DNA of 64,000 nt from Anaeramoeba ignava BMAN. Lineage: Eukaryota; Protista; Anaeramoebae. Under the pieces are notes generated by a model, which was not told the origin of the DNA, made no database searches, and worked only from the letters and a program-made list of their open reading frames with translations. Of this stretch, positions 59,430-64,000 are shown piece after piece. Position numbers and translations under genes: made by a program. Numbering within the stretch: the first letter of the stretch is position 1; the number at the start of each line of letters is the position of its first letter. Location of the stretch: the NCBI GenBank assembly GCA_028826165.1, contig JAPDFW010000066.1, forward strand, positions 310,001 through 374,000. Direction: 5' to 3'.

Positions 59430-61668
59430 AAAAATTATAAATTAATTTAAATTATAATTTAGAAATAAAATATTAACTTAAAATTAATTAATTATGAATT
59501 AAAAATTAATATTTAATTTATTAAAATATTTAATCAAAATTTAAAATAAATTTAAATTAATAATTAATAATAATTTATTTATAAATTAATATAAAATATA
59601 ATTTAAAAATAAAATATTAACTTAAAATTAATTAATTATGAATTAGAAATTAATATTTAATTTATTAAAATATTTAATCAAAATTTAAAATAAATTTAAA
59701 ATTAAATTTATAATAATTTATTTATAAATTAATTTAAAATATAATTTAAAAATAAAATATTAACTTATAATTATAAATTTAAAATTAATATTTAATTTAT
59801 TAAAATATTTAATCAAAAATTTAAAATAAATTTAAATTAATAATTTATAATAATTTATTTATAAAATTAATATAAAATATAATTTAGAAATAAAATATTA
59901 ACTTAAAATTAATAAATTATTAATTAAAAATTAATATTTAATTTATTAAAATATTTAATCAAAATTTAAAATAAATTTAAATTAATAATTAATAATAATT
60001 TATTTATAAATTAAAATAAAATATAATTTAGAAATAAAATATTAACTTAAAATTAATTAAATTATGAATTAAAATTAATATTTAATTTATTAAAATATTT
60101 AATCAAAATTTAAAATAAATTTAAATTAATAATTAATAATAATTTATTTATAAATTAATTTAAATAAAAATAAAATATTAACTTAAAATTAATTAATTAT
60201 GAATTAAAAATTTAATATTTAATTTATTAAAATATTTAATCAAAATTTAAAAATAAATTTAAATTAATAATTTAATAATAATTTATTTATAAATTAATTT
60301 AAATTATAATTTAGAAATAAAATATTAACTTAAAATTAATTAATTAAAAATAGAATTTAATATTTAATTTATTAAAATATTTAATCAAAATTTAAAATAA
60401 ATTTAAATTCAATAATTAATAATAATTTATTTATAAATTGAATATAAAATATAATTTAAAAATAAAATATTAACTTATAATTAATAAATTATGAATTAGA
60501 AATTAATATTTAATTTATTAAAATATTTAATCAAAATTTAAAATAAATTTAAATTAATAATTAATAATAATTTATTTATAAATTAATTTAAAATATAATT
60601 TAAAAATAAAATATTAATATAATTAATAAATGAATTAATTTATTAAAATATTTAATCAAAATTTAAATAAATTTAAATTAATAATTTATTTATAAATTAA
60701 TATAAAAAAATATAATTTAAAATAAAATATTAACTTAAAATTAATTAATTATGAATTAGAAATTAATATTTAATTTATTAAAATATTTAATCAAAATTTA
60801 AAATTAAATTTAAATTAATAATTAATAATAATTTATTTATAAATTAATTTAAATTATAATTTAAAAATAAAATATTAACTTATAATTAATAAATTATGAA
60901 TTAGAAATTAATATTTAATTTATTAAAATATTTAATCAAAATTTAAAATTAATTTAAATTAATAATTTATAATAATTTATTTATAAATTAATATAAAATA
61001 TAATTTAGAAATAAAATATTAACTTATAATTAATAAATTATGAATTAAAAATTAATATTTAATTTATTAAAATATTTAATCAAAATTTAAAAATAAATTT
61101 AAATTAATAATTAATAATAATTTATTTATAAATTAATACAAAATATAATTTAAAAATAAAATATTAACTTATAAAATTAATAAATTATGAATTAAAATTA
61201 ATATTTAATTTATTAAAATATTTAATCAAAATTTAAAATAAATTTAAATTAATAATTAATAATAATTTATTTATAAATTAATATAAAATATAATTTAAAA
61301 ATAAAAATATTAACTTATAATTAATAAATTATGAATTAGAAATTAATATTTAATTTATTAAAATATTTAATCAAAATTTAAAATTAAATTTAAATTAATA
61401 ATTAATAATAATTTATTTATAAATTAATTTAAAATATAATTTAAAAATAAAATATTAACTTATAATTAATAAATTATGAATTAAAAATTAATATTTAATT
61501 TATTAAAATATTTAATCAAAATTTAAAATTAATTTAAATTAATAATTAATAATAATTTATTTATAAATTAATTCAAAATATAATTTAGAAATAAAATATT
61601 AACTTAAAATTAATAAATTATGAATTAGAAATTAATATTTAATTTATTAAAATATTTAATCAAAATTA
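59430..61668. repeat. Intergenic satellite 3, ~144-146 bp monomer, ~16 copies
   Basis: Anchor TAATCAAAAT at ~59531, 59675, 59810, 59956, 60100, 60237, 60382, 60528, 60653, 60788, 60933, 61077, 61223, 61368, 61513, 61657. Confidence 0.95.
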
Positions 61669-61726
61669 TTTCCAATTTTTTAAAAAGAAATTATCAAGAA
61701 ATCATTTTTCATTTTTTTCCGTTTTT

Positions 61727-63675
61727 ATGCAAAATAAAGAAATTATTCGAAATTCTGTTAAATTACTTTTTAAATATGGAAATAACAAAAAAAGAAAAAA
61801 TAAAACAATTTTATCACTTGAAAAAATCAAAAATGAACTTTTTCCTTTTGAAAATTGGGGAACAAATTTTCATGTTCATTTTTATTTAGGGAAATTATAC
61901 TTTGAAAAATTCAAAACAAAAGAAGAAAATTGTTCAAAATCAAAAGAAAATTTTATACTCGAATTAAAACACAATCCAAAATCATTTGAATCATGTTTCT
62001 ATTTATCAAAAATCAATTTTTTTCAATCAAATTATGAAGAATCAAGAAAGTATTGTGAAAAGGCAATTGAAATGAAAGAAAACAACATTCCAATTAATTT
62101 ATTATTATCATCAATTTACCTCAAAATTGGCGCAAATGAAAATTTATATCAAGCTTTAGAATTAGCCAAAAAAGCATTTAATTTATCAAAATCACAACCA
62201 AAAATAGAAATGAGAAGAAAATGTGTTTTTTTAATTGCTCAAATTTATTATAAACAACAAGATTCAGTCAATTTCCAAAATTGGTGTGATGAAAATTTTG
62301 ATTTTTCAAATCCTGGAGATTGTTTTGTTTACAGTCTTTATAATTTCCAATATGGAAATTATCAACAAATTGAAAAATATTTGAAATCATTTCTCAATTT
62401 ATCTTCATTTACAAATAAATACTCAAAAAAACGGGAAGAATTATCGAGAAAAAGAAGAGATTTGGCAAATTTTCTATTAGTTATAATGGAAAAGAGAAAG
62501 CAAAATTTCCAAAAAGCAATTAAAAGAGTAAACCAAATTAAACAAAGGGAAACTTATAAATTGCGGATAAATATTCAACTTGGAGATATTTATTTTCTTC
62601 AGAACGATTTCGATAACGCAAAAAAATATTTTCTTGAATCTTTGCAAAATCTAAGCGATAATTCCTTAAAATACAATGTTTTATTCAGATTGGCTTGCAT
62701 TTTTAAACAAATGGGAAATAATCAAGAAGTTTTGAATGTTCTTTCTGAAGTCAAAATTGAAAATATTTCAGATGATGAACTTCTATTCCAATTTGGATTA
62801 CTCTACAAAGAAATGAATAATATTAAAGATGCAATTTTTTGTCTGGAAAAAGTTATCCAACAAAATGGGAAAAAATTAGAAACTTACATTTGCTTAGGAA
62901 ATATTTTGGAAAAAAAGTATCTTTGGAAGCAATATAGATACTTAGTTTCGTATTTCTTGGAAAATGTTGAGGTTGAGGATCCTGATCAACATTTATCACT
63001 TAAGAAAATTCCCTATTTTGGAATTCATCCATCTATGTTTATTAATCAAGTTTTCAAAGATGAAAAACTCAACAAGAATTCCAAATTGAAAAAATTGAAA
63101 TTTTCAAGAACACGAAATTGACAGAACAATATGTGAATCTGGTGAATAAAATAAAATCATTGGATAGGACAAAATGGAATGTTCATGGTTTATTTCTTTT
63201 TAATAATTATATCACAATTGTGACAGAAAATTTCAAAAATACACAACCTTTGAATGAAGAGATAAAAATTAGTCTCAATTCAGTTGATTTGATGGAAATA
63301 TCTGTTTTGATTGCAGGAAATTTAAATAGACTATTGGATATGGATTGGGCACATGGTAATCTAGATATTCATGATATTCTTTTTTTCCCTCAATTTTTTA
63401 ACAGGAAATTAAGCCATTTTGAATTAAATTTTTCAAAATCACTTGGTTTAAGAAATTTTCAAACTGAAAATAACTTGAATAATTCAAAAAAAGCTGATTT
63501 GAAATGGTTTGAGCAAGTATTCTTGATTTTATCCCAAAAAACATCAAGAAAACCCAAATTTATTAATGATATTATTCAAGAATTCCGGAAACCAGAATCA
63601 AGTGTTGAAAATATAATAAAAATTTTAAAAGAAATTCTTTGGAAAGAATATAAAATTAGAATTAGGAAATTTTAA
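61727..63675 (+). CDS. Intronless TPR-repeat + pseudokinase-like protein, split by an apparent frameshift at ~63063-63067
   Basis: TPR motifs (QLGDIYF..FDNAKKYF, QFGLLYK..AIFCLEK). Adding one A gives DEKTQQEFQIEKI joined to ORF 63118..63675, whose WAHGNLDIHDILF sits at the HRD/catalytic-loop position. Confidence 0.7.
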
Positions 63676-63708
63676 AAGAAAAAGAAGGATTTATCAATTT
63701 ATTGTTTC

Positions 63709-64000
63709 TTAAAAAAAGAGTGCATGTTCAACTGCATTTGAAATTAACTTTCCTCCATTTGTTTTGCTATCCCATCCTTTTGGAATGGAGATTGTTGAAC
63801 AAGGAAAAATATTCAAAACAATAATTACTCCAGTTTTTCCTTGATATCCTTGAATAACTCTTTTTGTGATTAATGGATATCCATCACTCCATTTTGCAAG
63901 AATATCTCCTCCATTAACTTCATGACTTTTAATTCTAAATGAAGCATTTCCTCCATCAAAATTATCTACTCCTTCAATTATTTCATGTTTGAAACTTTTA
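63709..64000 (-). CDS. 3' end of a gene with a glutamine-amidotransferase/ThuA-like C-terminal domain (partial)
   Basis: Open frame HEIIEGVDNFDGGNASFRI..LAKWSDGYPLIT..VIIVLNIFP..GGKLISNAVEH. The 5' part lies outside the window. Confidence 0.7.
   Translation of the reverse strand, partial: KSFKHEIIEGVDNFDGGNASFRIKSHEVNGGDILAKWSDGYPLITKRVIQGYQGKTGVIIVLNIFPCSTISIPKGWDSKTNGGKLISNAVEHALFF

Noticed and set aside
63060-63121. Programmed frameshift or separate TTG-initiated gene at 63118
   Set aside because: No canonical in-frame slippery heptamer; one missing A in a homopolymer explains the split.

Overview
Extremely AT-rich, intron-rich eukaryotic nuclear DNA using the standard code and GT-AG introns. 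The (GAAAAT)n 'ENENEN' tracts, intronless RCC1-BTB and BTB-TLDc genes and TCATT initiator-like tracts suggest an anaerobic metamonad such as Anaeramoeba; this is inference only. About 21 protein genes were reconstructed by hand: RCC1-BTB, an orphan ORF, TAF4-like, CLN3/battenin-like, PH-RasGAP, four tandem SLC35F6-like transporters with 7-, 15- and 22-nt microexons, VPS35L, MLF, a papain-like candidate, BTB-TLDc, a RING-less TM protein, PP2A A subunit, an AGC kinase, NAA15, ATG11/FIP200-like, a TPR-pseudokinase and a partial gene at the right edge. A structurally intact but divergent U2 snRNA lies at about 36612-36862. Many introns are inflated by gene-specific micro/minisatellites, which explain most low-complexity ORFs in the track. 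The strongest leads are: (1) three promoter-adjacent intergenic tandem arrays with different sequences but the same ~144-146 bp period, close to nucleosome-core length; (2) one intron with a perfect minor-spliceosome donor (GTATCCTTT); (3) the covarying, expanded U2; (4) A-rich AAG acceptors with no pyrimidine tract; (5) 'ghost' exon/repeat chimeras, probably consensus artefacts that point to repeat-length heterogeneity. No database searches were possible, and coordinates were counted by hand.
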